64,000 nucleotides of DNA from Rhodocyclaceae bacterium (lineage in GTDB: Bacteria; Pseudomonadota; Gammaproteobacteria; Burkholderiales; Rhodocyclaceae), in NCBI GenBank assembly GCA_003963315.1, contig RXJP01000035.1, positions 14,802 through 78,801 of the forward strand, given 5' to 3'. This document shows positions 9,104 through 24,794 of this stretch, piece after piece. The position numbers and the translations under genes were made by a program. Each line of letters starts with the position of its first letter. Within the stretch, counting starts at the first letter, position 1. The notes beneath the pieces were generated by a model. That model had not been told where the DNA came from and ran no database searches. It saw only the letters and a list, made by a program, of their open reading frames with translations.

Positions 9104-10093
9104 ATGCCAAGCCGACGCCGCGCCCTTGCCGTTCTCCTCGCCCTCGCCCTTCTGGCGGGCGTGAGCGTGGCAGTGGCTTTGGTGGCGGGCAGCATTCCGG
9201 TGACGTTCGCCGATCTGTTGCCCGCCTTGGGTAGCGGGTCGGACAGTACCGCGACGGAAGTAATCCGCGGCCTGCGCCTGCCCCGGGCGGTGGGCGCCTT
9301 CGCCTGCGGCGGCTTGCTGGCCCTGGCCGGGGCGCTGATGCAGGTGCTGTTGCGCAACCCCCTGGCCGACCCTTATGTGCTGGGCATTTCCGGCGGTGCG
9401 GCGGTGGGCGCCCTGGCCGCCATGTTGGCGGGATTGGCCCTCGCCTTCGTCAACCTGTTCGCCTTTGCCGGCGCCTTCACCGCCATGGCCCTGGTGTTCG
9501 GCCTGGCCCACGGCGACAACAGTTGGACCCGTACCAGACTATTGCTCACCGGCGTCATCATCGCCGCCGGCTGCGGCGCGGTGGTGGCGCTGATCCTTTC
9601 CATCGCGCCGGAAACCCGGCTGCGCGGCATGCTGTTTTGGCTGATGGGCGATGCCGGCCAGATCAGCAACCCCTGGCCGGCCCTGGCCTTGCTCGTGGCC
9701 GGCATCGCCGCTGCGCTGCCCTTTGCCCGGGAACTCAACCTACTCAGTCGGGGCGACACCCTGGCCCAGTCGCTCGGCGTATCCGTCCCGCGCATCAAAC
9801 GCATCGTCTATGCCCTGGCCTCCCTGTTCACCGCCGTGGCCGTCACCACCGCCGGCAGCATCGGCTTCATCGGCCTCGTGGTGCCGCACCTGATGCGCAT
9901 GGCCGTGGGCAACGACCAGCGCCTGTTGTTGCCGGCCTCGGCCCTGGCCGGCGGCAGCCTGCTGGTACTGGCGGACACCCTGGCCCGCACCTTGGTGGCG
10001 CCCCAGCAATTGCCCGTGGGGGTGCTCACCGCCCTGCTCGGCGTGCCGGTGTTCCTCTTCCTCCTTGGCCGCCAACCGGGAGGACGTTCGTGA
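9104..10093 (+). CDS. btuC: FecCD-family ABC permease (BtuC-like cobalamin/siderophore importer)
   Basis: MPSRRRALAVLLALALL...GLRLPRAVGAFACGGLLALAGALMQVLLRNPLADPYVLGISGGA is a FecCD signature. The gene symbol is inferred from riboswitch and operon context. Confidence 0.85.
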   Translation: MPSRRRALAVLLALALLAGVSVAVALVAGSIPVTFADLLPALGSGSDSTATEVIRGLRLPRAVGAFACGGLLALAGALMQVLLRNPLADPYVLGISGGAAVGALAAMLAGLALAFVNLFAFAGAFTAMALVFGLAHGDNSWTRTRLLLTGVIIAAGCGAVVALILSIAPETRLRGMLFWLMGDAGQISNPWPALALLVAGIAAALPFARELNLLSRGDTLAQSLGVSVPRIKRIVYALASLFTAVAVTTAGSIGFIGLVVPHLMRMAVGNDQRLLLPASALAGGSLLVLADTLARTLVAPQQLPVGVLTALLGVPVFLFLLGRQPGGRS

Positions 10094-10860
10094 GCGCCCT
10101 CCTCACCACTTCCGGCCTGCGCATCAGCATCGCCGGCCATCCGGTTTGCGACGCCTTGGATTGGCAAGTAGTCCGTGGGCAGCATTGGGCCGTGCTCGGC
10201 CGCAACGGCGCCGGCAAGTCCACCCTGCTCCACACCCTGGCCGGCCTGCGCCATGCCGACCAGGGCCGCATCCTCATGGATGGCGAATCCCTTGATGCAA
10301 TCCCGCCCCGGGATCTGGCCCGGATACGGGGCATCCTGCCCCAGCGCCAGCTCGACCCCTTCGCCTCCACCGTGCTGGAAACCGTGCTCGTCGGCCGCCA
10401 CCCCCATCTGGGCCGCTGGGACTGGGAGTCGGCGGAGGATCGCCGCATCGCCCTGGCGGCCCTGGAAGAAACCGGACTGAAAGACCTCGCCCAGCGGGAC
10501 GTGCTCACCCTGTCCGGCGGCGAACGACAACGCCTGGCCATCGCCCAACTGCTTGCCCAACAGCCGCGCCTGATGCTGCTGGACGAACCCCTGACCCACC
10601 TCGACCTCAACCACCAGGTCGCCCTCATGGACCTGATGCGGCGCCAGGCTGGCAGCGGTACCGCCGTGGTGTCGGTGCTGCACGACCCGGGCTTTGCGGC
10701 ACGCTACTGCGACCACGTCCTGCTGCTGTTCGGCACCGGCACCTGGCTGGCGGGACCGACGGCGGAGGTGCTCACCGCGACGAATCTTTCCTGCCTCTAC
10801 GGCCACACCCTCCACGAACTCACCGACGCCGGCGGTCAACGCTGGTTCGTTCCCGCTTGA
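10090..10860 (+). CDS. btuD: ABC transporter ATP-binding protein (BtuD/FecE-like)
   Basis: GTG start at 10090 with a GTGA overlap on the permease stop. Walker A GRNGAGKST, signature LSGGERQR, Walker B LMLLDEP. Confidence 0.85.
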   Translation: MSALLTTSGLRISIAGHPVCDALDWQVVRGQHWAVLGRNGAGKSTLLHTLAGLRHADQGRILMDGESLDAIPPRDLARIRGILPQRQLDPFASTVLETVLVGRHPHLGRWDWESAEDRRIALAALEETGLKDLAQRDVLTLSGGERQRLAIAQLLAQQPRLMLLDEPLTHLDLNHQVALMDLMRRQAGSGTAVVSVLHDPGFAARYCDHVLLLFGTGTWLAGPTAEVLTATNLSCLYGHTLHELTDAGGQRWFVPA

Positions 10861-11462
10861 TGGAAAAAGATATCGACAGCCGACACAAAGCCCGCATGGC
10901 CCGCAAGAAAGCGGTGGTGGACGACCACATCGCCGCGGCCCAGATTGAACGCGGCGTGGTGCTCATCAACACCGGCAACGGCAAGGGCAAGTCCTCCGCC
11001 GCCTTCGGCGTGCTGGCCCGCGCCCTCGGCCACGGACAGCAGGCGGCCGTGGTCCAGTTCGTCAAGAGCCGCACCGACACCGGCGAAGAAGCCCTCTTCA
11101 GCCGCCTGCCCGGCGTGCGCTGGCATGTGATGGGGGAAGGCTTCACCTGGGAAACCCAGGACCGCCACCGCGATACCGTGGCCGCCCGGGCCGCCTGGGA
11201 TTTGGCTTGCCAGTATCTAAAAGACACGGACATCCGCCTGCTGATCCTGGACGAAATCACCTACGCCTTCAAATACGGCTGGCTGGACCTTAACGACGCC
11301 ATCGCCGCGCTCAAGGCCCGGGCACCCATGCAACATGTCATCCTCACCGGCCGCGGCGCGCCCCAGGGCTTGATCGACGTGGCCGACACCGTCAGCGAAA
11401 TCAACGACATCAAGCATGCCTACCAGGCCGGCGTGAAAGCCATGCCGGGCCTGGACTTCTAA
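10857..11462 (+). CDS. cobO: Cob(I)yrinic acid a,c-diamide adenosyltransferase (CobO/BtuR)
   Basis: GVVLINTGNGKGKSSAAFG...LLILDEITYAFKYGWL...VILTGRGAP matches the CobA/CobO/BtuR family. ATGA overlap with btuD. Confidence 0.9.
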   Translation: MMEKDIDSRHKARMARKKAVVDDHIAAAQIERGVVLINTGNGKGKSSAAFGVLARALGHGQQAAVVQFVKSRTDTGEEALFSRLPGVRWHVMGEGFTWETQDRHRDTVAARAAWDLACQYLKDTDIRLLILDEITYAFKYGWLDLNDAIAALKARAPMQHVILTGRGAPQGLIDVADTVSEINDIKHAYQAGVKAMPGLDF

Positions 11463-11497
11463 CCATCTCCCGCGGCAGCGGCTTATAAGGCCAGACC

Positions 11498-12166
11498 ATG
11501 GAACAGCGCTTTCCCGATGCCGATGTGGATGCGGTATACCGTGCCATCCACCAACGCCGCGACATCCGCGAATTCGTTCCCGGCGCCTTGCCAGATGGCC
11601 TGCTGCAACGGCTGTACGCTGCCGCCCATGCCGCTCCCTCGGTGGGCTATATGCAACCCTGGCGCCTGCTGCACATCAGCGATGCCGCGCTCAAGGGCGC
11701 CATGGCGGACATCGTCGAAGCGGAGCGGCAGCGTACTGCCGCCGCCCTGCCCAGCCGCGCCGCGGAATTCCTCAAGCTCAAGGTGGAGGGATTGCGTAGC
11801 TGCGCCGAGATCGTGGTGGTGGCGCTGATGGATGGCTGCGACAAGCATATCTTCGGCAAGCGCACCCTGCCGGAAATGGCCCTGGCCTCCGCCGCCTGCG
11901 CCATCCAGAACATGTGGCTCGCGGCACGGGCGGAGGGTATCGGCATCGGCTGGGTGTCCTTCTTCGAGCCGGCCGACTTGGCCGCACTGCTGCACATGCC
12001 GGAAGGGGCGAAACCCATCGCCATCCTCTGCATCGGCCCCGTCGCCGAATTTCCTGCACAGCCTTTGTTGGAAACCCTGGGCTGGGGTACGCGGCTGACC
12101 AAGGAACAGTTCGTTTTCGAAAACACCTGGCCGGCAGACGCCCTGCCGACGCCTACCGCTTATTGA
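11498..12166 (+). CDS. bluB: 5,6-dimethylbenzimidazole synthase BluB
   Basis: VYRAIHQRRDIREFVPGALPDGLLQRLYAAAHAAPSVGYMQPWRL is a nitroreductase-fold BluB signature. Confidence 0.85.
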   Translation: MEQRFPDADVDAVYRAIHQRRDIREFVPGALPDGLLQRLYAAAHAAPSVGYMQPWRLLHISDAALKGAMADIVEAERQRTAAALPSRAAEFLKLKVEGLRSCAEIVVVALMDGCDKHIFGKRTLPEMALASAACAIQNMWLAARAEGIGIGWVSFFEPADLAALLHMPEGAKPIAILCIGPVAEFPAQPLLETLGWGTRLTKEQFVFENTWPADALPTPTAY

Positions 12167-12218
12167 GCGGGCCGGAGCAAGGGCCGGTCCGCCACCGCTG
12201 GCCACGGTCCAACCACAG

Positions 12219-13145
12219 CTATTTCCGTCGCTTGCCGCGGGCGTTTTCGAGCTGGGCGCAGAGTTGCGTTGCGCCTTCCAGGATGCGTGGCGTGTGGCGC
12301 TGGATCAGGTCCGGCGGCACGAAATAGAGGTTGTCCCGTTTCACCGCGGTCATCGCGCCCCAGCGCCGCCAGTCATCCAGCCATTCGGGCCGGGATTCAT
12401 CCATGCCGCTGGCGACGATGGCTTCAGGATCGGCGGCGATGACGCTTTCCACGCTGACGGTGGGCGCCAGCAATGGGAGGTCGGCAAATACGTTACGGCC
12501 GCCGCAGAGGCGCAGCACATCGCTGATGATCTGCTTGCCGTTCACCGTCATCAGCGGCTGCTTCCATATTTCGTAGAACACGCTGACTGCGGGCCGCTGG
12601 CTGTATTGCCGGCCCAGCTCCCCATAGCGGGCCCGGAAACGGCCCGCTTCGGCATTGGCAACACCCTCCGTGCCGGCCAGGCGGCCGTAGCGCTCGATGT
12701 CGCGGGGAATATCCTCGATGCGGTTGGGCTGGGTGACATAGACCGTCAGCCCCAGCGCCCTGAGCTTGGTGAGCTCCGCCGGCGCATTGCCGCTTTCCCA
12801 GGCCACCAGCAAGTCGGGCTTGAGGGCGGCGATGGCTTCCAGGTCGAGCCGGGCGTAAGAGCCGACGCGGGGGATTTTCTTGGCGGCGGCAGGATAGTTG
12901 CTGTATTCCACGGCCCCCACCAGCTTGTCGCCGGCGCCGGCGGCGAACAGCACTTCCGTGACATGGGGCGCCAGACTGACGATACGCTTGGCGGGGGCCG
13001 CCAGACGGATCACGGCACCGCTGTCGTCGTTGACTTGGACGTCGGCGGCGGCTGTCTGCGCTAGCAGTACACAGGCGGCGGCAAGGAATAGCCGCGCCGC
13101 AAAACCTGAAACCGTAACCCCTCCTGTCCTCCCCCCTTCGACCAA
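12219..13145 (-). CDS. btuF: Periplasmic cobalamin-binding protein BtuF; start uncertain
   Basis: RIVSLAPHVTEVLFAAGAGDKLVGAVEYSNYP...PDLLVAW..., a BtuF/class 8 SBP. The track ORF starts at GTG 13262, but its first ~40 codons run through repeat family A. TTG at 13145 is a candidate start ahead of the signal peptide FAARLFLAAACVLLAQTAAA. Confidence 0.8.
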   Translation of the reverse strand: MVEGGRTGGVTVSGFAARLFLAAACVLLAQTAAADVQVNDDSGAVIRLAAPAKRIVSLAPHVTEVLFAAGAGDKLVGAVEYSNYPAAAKKIPRVGSYARLDLEAIAALKPDLLVAWESGNAPAELTKLRALGLTVYVTQPNRIEDIPRDIERYGRLAGTEGVANAEAGRFRARYGELGRQYSQRPAVSVFYEIWKQPLMTVNGKQIISDVLRLCGGRNVFADLPLLAPTVSVESVIAADPEAIVASGMDESRPEWLDDWRRWGAMTAVKRDNLYFVPPDLIQRHTPRILEGATQLCAQLENARGKRRK

Positions 13146-13235
13146 GCTCAGGACAGACTTATCAGGGGAGGGACCTACTGCCTCAAGGTTCGCTATTCGA
13201 ACTCCCCCCTGACAAGGGGGGCTGGGGGGGGTAAC
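13117..13235. repeat. Composite intergenic repeat, family A (CCCCTGACAAGGGG hairpin units)
   Basis: TTCGAACTCCCCCCTGACAAGGGGGGCTGGGGGGGGTAAC here is nearly identical to the reverse complement of 48834-48874. A second unit, CCTCCTGTCCTCCCCCCTTCGACC, is also present. Confidence 0.7.
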
Positions 13236-13258
13236 CGGCGTCGCAAACAACCGGAGCC

Positions 13259-14233
13259 TCACGGCAACAATACGGTGCCGCCGGTGGTCCGCCGTTCCGC
13301 CAAATCGAGTTGCGCCCGCCCGGCCTCGCGCAGGGGATAGGACTGGCCCACCTCGATCTTCACCTTGCCGCTGGCGATCACCGCGAACAGATCCGCCGCC
13401 ATGGCCAACAGGGCTTCCCGCTTGCGGGTATAGGTGAATAGGGTGGGACGGGTCAGGAAGAGGGAACCGCGCTTGGAGAGTTCCAGGGGGCTGATGGGCG
13501 GCACGGGTCCGGAGGCGTTGCCATAGGTGACCATCATGCCCAGGGGACGCAGGCTGTCCAGGGAATCAAAGAAGGTGTCCTTGCCGATGGCGTCGTACAC
13601 CACGGCCACGCCTTCGCCGTCGGTCAGCGCCTTCACCTGTTCCGGCAATTTGCCTTCGCCGAGGACGAGGACATGGTCGCAGCCGTAGCGCTTGGCCAGA
13701 TCCACCTTGGACCGGGAGCCCACGGTGCCGATCACCAAGGCGCCCAGGGCCTTGGCCCACTGGGCGGCGATCATGCCGACACCGCCGGCAGCAGCATGGA
13801 TCAGCACCGGGTCGCCGGCTTGCACCTGGTAGGTTTGCCGCAGCAGATACTGGGCGGTGAGGCCGCGCATCAGGCCGGCAGCCGCCACCTGGAAAGGAAT
13901 GGCGTCGGGCAGCTTGAGCAGCAGGTCGGCGGCCAGGGTACGCACTTCGGCATAAGCGCCGAGGGGGCTGCTGGCATAGGCGACCCGGTCGCCCACAGCG
14001 AATTCACTGACGCCAGCGCCCACGGCGGTAATGATGCCGGCCCCTTCCTGACCCAGGCCGGTGGGCAAGGGTGTGGGATACAGGCCGGTGCGGACGTAGA
14101 TGTCGATGAAGTTGAGGCCCACGGCCTCCTGCTTCAGGGTGACCTCACCGGGGCCCGGGGGCGGCACATCCACTTCTTCCCATTGCAGGACTTCCGGGCC
14201 GCCGGTGGCGTGCAATCGAATGGTGCCGGCCAT
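13259..14233 (-). CDS. qor: NADPH:quinone oxidoreductase (zeta-crystallin/Qor family MDR)
   Basis: 324 aa, ...GPEVLQWEEVDVPPPGPGEVTLKQEAVGLNFIDIYVRTGLYP...IHAAAGGVGMIAAQWAKALGA. Confidence 0.85.
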   Translation of the reverse strand: MAGTIRLHATGGPEVLQWEEVDVPPPGPGEVTLKQEAVGLNFIDIYVRTGLYPTPLPTGLGQEGAGIITAVGAGVSEFAVGDRVAYASSPLGAYAEVRTLAADLLLKLPDAIPFQVAAAGLMRGLTAQYLLRQTYQVQAGDPVLIHAAAGGVGMIAAQWAKALGALVIGTVGSRSKVDLAKRYGCDHVLVLGEGKLPEQVKALTDGEGVAVVYDAIGKDTFFDSLDSLRPLGMMVTYGNASGPVPPISPLELSKRGSLFLTRPTLFTYTRKREALLAMAADLFAVIASGKVKIEVGQSYPLREAGRAQLDLAERRTTGGTVLLP

Positions 14234-14237
14234 GGTG

Positions 14238-16526
14238 TTATTTCCCGGCGTTGTGGTTGGCGTCCACCACCGCCAGGGCCGTCATGTTCACCAAGCGGCG
14301 GACGGAAGCGGTGGGCGTGAGGATATGCACCGGCTTGGCGGCGCCGAGCAGGATCGGGCCCACGGTGATGCCGCCGGAAGCCACAGTCTTCAGCAGGTTG
14401 AAGGAGATATTGGCCGCATCCAGGTTCGGCATGATGAGCAGATTGGCGGCGCCCTTGAGCACCGAGTCGGGGAAGAGTCGGCTGCGGGTGGCTTCGTCCA
14501 GGGCGGCGTCGGCGTGCATCTCGCCATCCACCTCCAGTGAAGGCGCACGGGCGGCAATCAACTCCCGGGTGCGGCTCATTTTCAGGGCCGAGGCCGAGCA
14601 CATGCTGCCGAAGTTGGAATGGGAAAGCAGCGCCACCTTGGGGCTAAGGCCGAAGCGGCGCACTTCTTCCGCCGCCATCAGGGTGATGTCCGCCAGCAGC
14701 TCGGCGCTGGGATCTTCGTTCACATAGGTGTCGCAGACGAAGAGGGTATGGTTGGGCGCCATCAGCAGGTTCATGGCGGCCATGCAGTGGGCATTGGCTT
14801 CCATGCCGATGACTTCGCTGACATGCTTGAGGTGCACCGCGTGGCGACCGACGGTGCCGCACAACATGGCGTCCACGTCCCCCCGGCGCAGCAGCATGGT
14901 GCCGATCAGGGTGGTGTCGGAGCGGATCAATTGCTTGGCCATGTCCTGGGTGATGCCGCGGCGGCCCATGATCCGGTGATACTCCTGCCACAGTTCCTTA
15001 TAACGGGCGTCGGAGGTGGGATTCACCACCTCGAAATCGACGCCGGCCTTGAGGCGCAGGCCGGCGCGCTCCAGGCGCATCTCGATGACTTCGGGACGGC
15101 CGATCACCACCGGCGTGGCCAGGCCTTCTTCCAACACTGCCTGTACAGCACGCAGCACCCGTTCATCCTCACCTTCGCTATAGAGCACCCGCTTCGGCGC
15201 TTTCTTGGCGGCGGTGAACACCGGCTTCATGATGAAGCCGGAGTGGTAGACAAAACTGTTGAGCTGATCCCGATAGGCGTTCATGTCGGCGATGGGCCGC
15301 GTCGCCACGCCGGAATCCATGGCCGCCTGGGCCACTGCCGGGGCGATCTTGACGATCAGGCGCGGGTCGAAGGGCTTCGGGATCAGGTATTCGGGGCCGA
15401 AGGCGACGTTCTCGTCGCCGTAGGCGGCGGCCACCACATCGGAGCTTTCCGCCTGGGCCAGCTCGGCCAGGGCGCGCACCGATGCCAGCTTCATTTCCTC
15501 GGTGATGCTGGTGGCACCGGCATCCAGCGCGCCACGGAAGATGAAGGGGAAGCAGAGGACGTTGTTCACCTGGTTCGGGTAGTCGGAACGGCCCGTGGCC
15601 ATGATGGCGTCGTTGCGGACCTTCTTCACCTCCTCCGGCAGGATTTCCGGGGTCGGGTTGGCCAGGGCGAAGATCAGGGGCTTGGCCGCCATCTTGGCCA
15701 CCATCTCGGGCTTGAGCACACCGCCGGCGGAAAGGCCGAGGAACACGTCGGCGTCCTGGATCACTTCGCCCAGGGTGCGCATGTCGGTCTTCTTGGCATA
15801 GCGCGCCTTGATGTCGTCCATCAGCTTGGTGCGACCTTCATAGACCAGGCCTTCGATGTCGGTGACCCAGATGTTCTCCACCTTGACGCCAAGCATCACC
15901 AGAAGGTCGAGGCAAGCCAGGGCAGCGGCCCCGGCGCCGGAAGTCACCAGTTTCACTTCTTCGGCTTTCTTGCCCACCACTTTGAGACCGTTGAGCAGGG
16001 CAGTGCCCACCACGATGGCGGTGCCGTGCTGGTCGTCGTGGAAGACGGGAATTTTCATGCGCTCCCGTAGCTTCCGCTCGATGTAGAAGCACTCGGGGGC
16101 CTTGATGTCTTCCAGGTTGATGCCGCCGAAGGTGGGCTCCATGGCGGCGATGATGTCGATCAGTTTGTCGGGATCGGGCTCATCCAGCTCGATGTCGAAC
16201 ACGTCGATGCCGGAGAATTTCTTGAACAGCACGCCCTTGCCTTCCATCACCGGCTTGGCGGCCAGGGGGCCGATATTGCCCAGGCCCAGCACGGCGGTGC
16301 CGTTGGTGACCACGCCCACCAGGTTGGCGCGGGAGGTGTAGCGGCTGGCATTGGCCGGGTTGTCCACAATCTCGTTACAGGCCGCGGCAACGCCAGGGGA
16401 ATAGGCCAGGGACAGGTCGCGCTGGTTGGTGAGGCCCTTGGTGGGGACTACGGCGATCTTTCCGGGGGTGGGGAATTCGTGATATTGCAGCGCGGCTTCG
16501 CGCAGGTCTTTGGCTTTCTTATCCAT
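14238..16526 (-). CDS. maeB: NADP-dependent malic enzyme (malic enzyme + PTA-like domain)
   Basis: [47 protein letters not shown]... plus a C-terminal phosphate-acetyltransferase-like domain, 762 aa from the ATG at 16526. Confidence 0.92.
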   Translation of the reverse strand: MDKKAKDLREAALQYHEFPTPGKIAVVPTKGLTNQRDLSLAYSPGVAAACNEIVDNPANASRYTSRANLVGVVTNGTAVLGLGNIGPLAAKPVMEGKGVLFKKFSGIDVFDIELDEPDPDKLIDIIAAMEPTFGGINLEDIKAPECFYIERKLRERMKIPVFHDDQHGTAIVVGTALLNGLKVVGKKAEEVKLVTSGAGAAALACLDLLVMLGVKVENIWVTDIEGLVYEGRTKLMDDIKARYAKKTDMRTLGEVIQDADVFLGLSAGGVLKPEMVAKMAAKPLIFALANPTPEILPEEVKKVRNDAIMATGRSDYPNQVNNVLCFPFIFRGALDAGATSITEEMKLASVRALAELAQAESSDVVAAAYGDENVAFGPEYLIPKPFDPRLIVKIAPAVAQAAMDSGVATRPIADMNAYRDQLNSFVYHSGFIMKPVFTAAKKAPKRVLYSEGEDERVLRAVQAVLEEGLATPVVIGRPEVIEMRLERAGLRLKAGVDFEVVNPTSDARYKELWQEYHRIMGRRGITQDMAKQLIRSDTTLIGTMLLRRGDVDAMLCGTVGRHAVHLKHVSEVIGMEANAHCMAAMNLLMAPNHTLFVCDTYVNEDPSAELLADITLMAAEEVRRFGLSPKVALLSHSNFGSMCSASALKMSRTRELIAARAPSLEVDGEMHADAALDEATRSRLFPDSVLKGAANLLIMPNLDAANISFNLLKTVASGGITVGPILLGAAKPVHILTPTASVRRLVNMTALAVVDANHNAGK

Positions 16527-16686
16527 GGTATGGCGTAACTCCTCTCGGGGGAGGCATGATACTCCTGCCCCCGGAAGGCCCGTCATTACGGGTTTCCACA
16601 GCCCCCGGAGGCGGCGGGATATTGTGCTGCAACATGACGCCGTTCCCTGTGGCAGAATGCCCTTTCACATCATCGGGAGATCGGCC

Positions 16687-17490
16687 ATGAAGCGCGTTGT
16701 GTTCAACCAGAAAGGCGGCGTCGGCAAGAGCACCATCACCTGCAACCTGGCCGCCATCAGCGCCGCCAATGGCGCCCGCACCCTGGTGGTGGATCTCGAT
16801 CCCCAGGGCAATTCCAGCCGCTACCTGCTGGGGGACGGGGTGGATAGCCTGGAACACACGGCCACCGGCTTCTTCGACCAGATGCTCAACTTCAAGCTGC
16901 GGCCCCTGCCCACGGAAGACTTCATCACCGCCACGCCCTTCGAGAACCTGTCCGTCCTGCCCGCCGACGGTGCCCTGGAAGAGCTCCAGGCCAAGTTGGA
17001 ATCCCGCTACAAGATCTACAAGCTGAAGGAAGCCCTGGACGCCCTGGACTACGACGAAATCTGGATCGACACGCCGCCGGCCCTGCACTTCTACACCCGC
17101 TCGGCCCTGATCGCCGCCGATAGCTGCCTGATCCCCTTCGACTGCGACGAGTTCGCCCGCCGCGCCCTGTACACCCTGCTGGACAACGTGGCGGAAATCC
17201 GCGCCGACCATAACGGCGATCTGGAAGTGGAAGGTATCGTGGTGAACCAGTTCCAGCCCCGGGCCAACCTGCCCCAGCAAGTGGTGGCGGAGTTGCGGGA
17301 AGAGGGATTGCCGGTACTGAACACCCTGATTTCGGCCTCGGTGAAGATCAAGGAATCCCACCAGCAGGCGAAACCCATGATCCACCTGGACCGCAGCCAC
17401 AAGCTCTCCCAGGAGTTCGCCACCCTGCATGCCGAACTGCAAGCCAGCCAGAAGGCCCGCGCCAAGGCGGAAGCGCGTAAACGCGCCTAA
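16687..17490 (+). CDS. ParA/MinD-family P-loop ATPase (orphan, no adjacent parB)
   Basis: [44 protein letters not shown] has the deviant Walker A. Basic C-terminal tail [13 protein letters not shown]. Start at the ATG 16687. Confidence 0.85.
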   Translation: MKRVVFNQKGGVGKSTITCNLAAISAANGARTLVVDLDPQGNSSRYLLGDGVDSLEHTATGFFDQMLNFKLRPLPTEDFITATPFENLSVLPADGALEELQAKLESRYKIYKLKEALDALDYDEIWIDTPPALHFYTRSALIAADSCLIPFDCDEFARRALYTLLDNVAEIRADHNGDLEVEGIVVNQFQPRANLPQQVVAELREEGLPVLNTLISASVKIKESHQQAKPMIHLDRSHKLSQEFATLHAELQASQKARAKAEARKRA

Positions 17491-17559
17491 GGAAGGTCTG
17501 ATTAAGCACCAGCCGGGCGGGCCGCGCCTGACCTGTCTAAGCCCCCTGGTGACGCACCA

Positions 17560-17612
17560 CGCGTTTCGACAAGCTCAACGCGAACGGAGTTGTTCAGACC
17601 TTCCCTAAGCTG
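17560..17612. repeat. Intergenic repeat, family B (half copy)
   Basis: TTCGACAAGCTCAACGCGAACGGAGTTGTT...CCTTCCCTAAGC matches CTTCGACAAACTCAGGGCGAACGGACTTGTT...TTTCCTTAGC at 27047-27091. Confidence 0.6.
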
Positions 17613-17624
17613 TTTGTTGCGGCG

Positions 17625-18430
17625 TTAGAGGACGCCGAGGAAAGCCAGCAGCAAGGTATTGAACAAATCTTCCTGCTCGATATTGAGCAGATGGGAAGCC
17701 TGGGGAATGTTTTCGTAGCGGGCGCCGGGAATGGCGGCAGCGATGGACGCTACCATGGCCGGCGTTGTGCCGGCATCCTCGTCCCCCACCAGCACCAGCG
17801 TGGGCATGGCGATTCGTCCCAGGCGATCCGTGGTGTCCATACCGGCCACGGCCCGGCCACAAGCGGCATAGCCCGCCAGGGAAGTGTTTTGGATCATGGC
17901 GCCGATGCGGGCCATGACCTCCGCTTCCTCCAAACGATAGGCTTCGGTAAACCAACGCCCCAGGGTGCCTTCCACCATGGCTGCCATGCCGCCGGCCCGG
18001 GCCTGGGCGATACGCTGTTCCCACAGCTTCGCCACGGCTTCCCGATTGGCGCTGCCTTTGTCACCGTAGCCGCTGCTGGTGCTGCATAACACCAGGCGAT
18101 CCAGGCGCTCGGGGGCGGCCAAAGCCAGATGCTGGCCGATCATGCCGCCGATGGAGAGGCCGACGAAATGGGAACGGGCAATGCCCAAGGCATCCCACAA
18201 CCCGAGCACATCGGCGGTCAGGTCGCCAAAACCGCAGGCATCCTCCGCGATGGAGCTGCGACCGTGGCCGCGCATGTCGTAGCGGAGGACGCTGAAATAA
18301 GGCGTGAGGGCGGCCATCTGCCCGTCCCACAGGGAGATATCCGCCGCCAGGGAAGAGGACAGGGTCAGCCACGGCCCCTGCCCCAGGGTATCGTAGTGAA
18401 TCCTGTTGCCATTGATATCGAGAACAGGCA

Positions 18431-18431
<1 letters not shown>
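17625..18431 (-). CDS. Alpha/beta hydrolase, 3-oxoadipate enol-lactonase-like
   Basis: MPVLDINGNRIHYDTLGQGPWLTLSSSLAADISLWDGQM...HFVGLSIGGMIG has the GxSxG nucleophile elbow. The start at 18431 overlaps the uvrD stop by 1 nt. Confidence 0.8.
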
Positions 18432-20632
<2,201 letters not shown>

Positions 20633-20812
20633 GAAGGGAATTATAGCCAGGGGGGTTCAAGTGCCTGAATTAGGGGGAAAAAGCAATGCTGCTCTGCGGC
20701 AAATACTGCACAAAACCGGGGGAATAGTGAACTATTTCCTTGTTTATCAATGGGGAGGTGGCTAAAATTTAATTGTGCAATGCAATATAACCAAACCAAA
20801 AGAGAGATCACC

Positions 20813-21166
20813 ATGAACAGCAACAACCACCCCCTGCAACTGCCCTGGCTTGCCAGGCGGGCCGGGCTTTCCAACGAGCGGGCCGAAGCCCTCTGGCGGG
20901 AAGCTTCCGCCTACGCCGTCCGCAGGACGGGCAGTACCGATTCTTCAGCTTACGCCCAGGTGGCGATGGACAAGCTCCATGCGTTGATTGACGCTGAATC
21001 CAGCCGTCTCAATACCCTCTCCCCCGTGCGTACCTGGGCCCGTCTGCAACGCCATTATTGGTCTTTGCAATTGACCTGGCTGGAAGCCGGCAACACCATC
21101 GCCACCCGCACTTGGCGCACCCTCAGCCGCACCGGCAAGTCCGGCGTTTGTACCTGCTGCTCCTGA
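20813..21166 (+). CDS. Hypothetical protein
   Basis: 117 aa from the ATG 20813, preceded by AGAGAG. No family recognised. Ends ...GVCTCCS. Confidence 0.5.
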   Translation: MNSNNHPLQLPWLARRAGLSNERAEALWREASAYAVRRTGSTDSSAYAQVAMDKLHALIDAESSRLNTLSPVRTWARLQRHYWSLQLTWLEAGNTIATRTWRTLSRTGKSGVCTCCS

Positions 21167-21186
21167 ACCGCAGACGGTAGCGCGCT

Positions 21187-24793
<3,607 letters not shown>

Positions 24794-24794
<1 letters not shown>

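Noticed and set aside
13146-13262. N-terminal 39 residues of the btuF ORF as given in the track
   Set aside because: This segment is made of repeat family A sequence (translated PPSPPCQGGVRIANLEAVGPSPDKSV...). It precedes the signal peptide and overlaps the qor stop, so it is most likely non-coding.
14619-16070. 483-aa plus-strand ORF
   Set aside because: It is antisense to maeB. This is a shadow ORF.
20633-20812. LexA (SOS) box upstream of uvrD
   Set aside because: I looked for CTGT-N8-ACAG in the uvrD upstream region and did not find a convincing match by eye.
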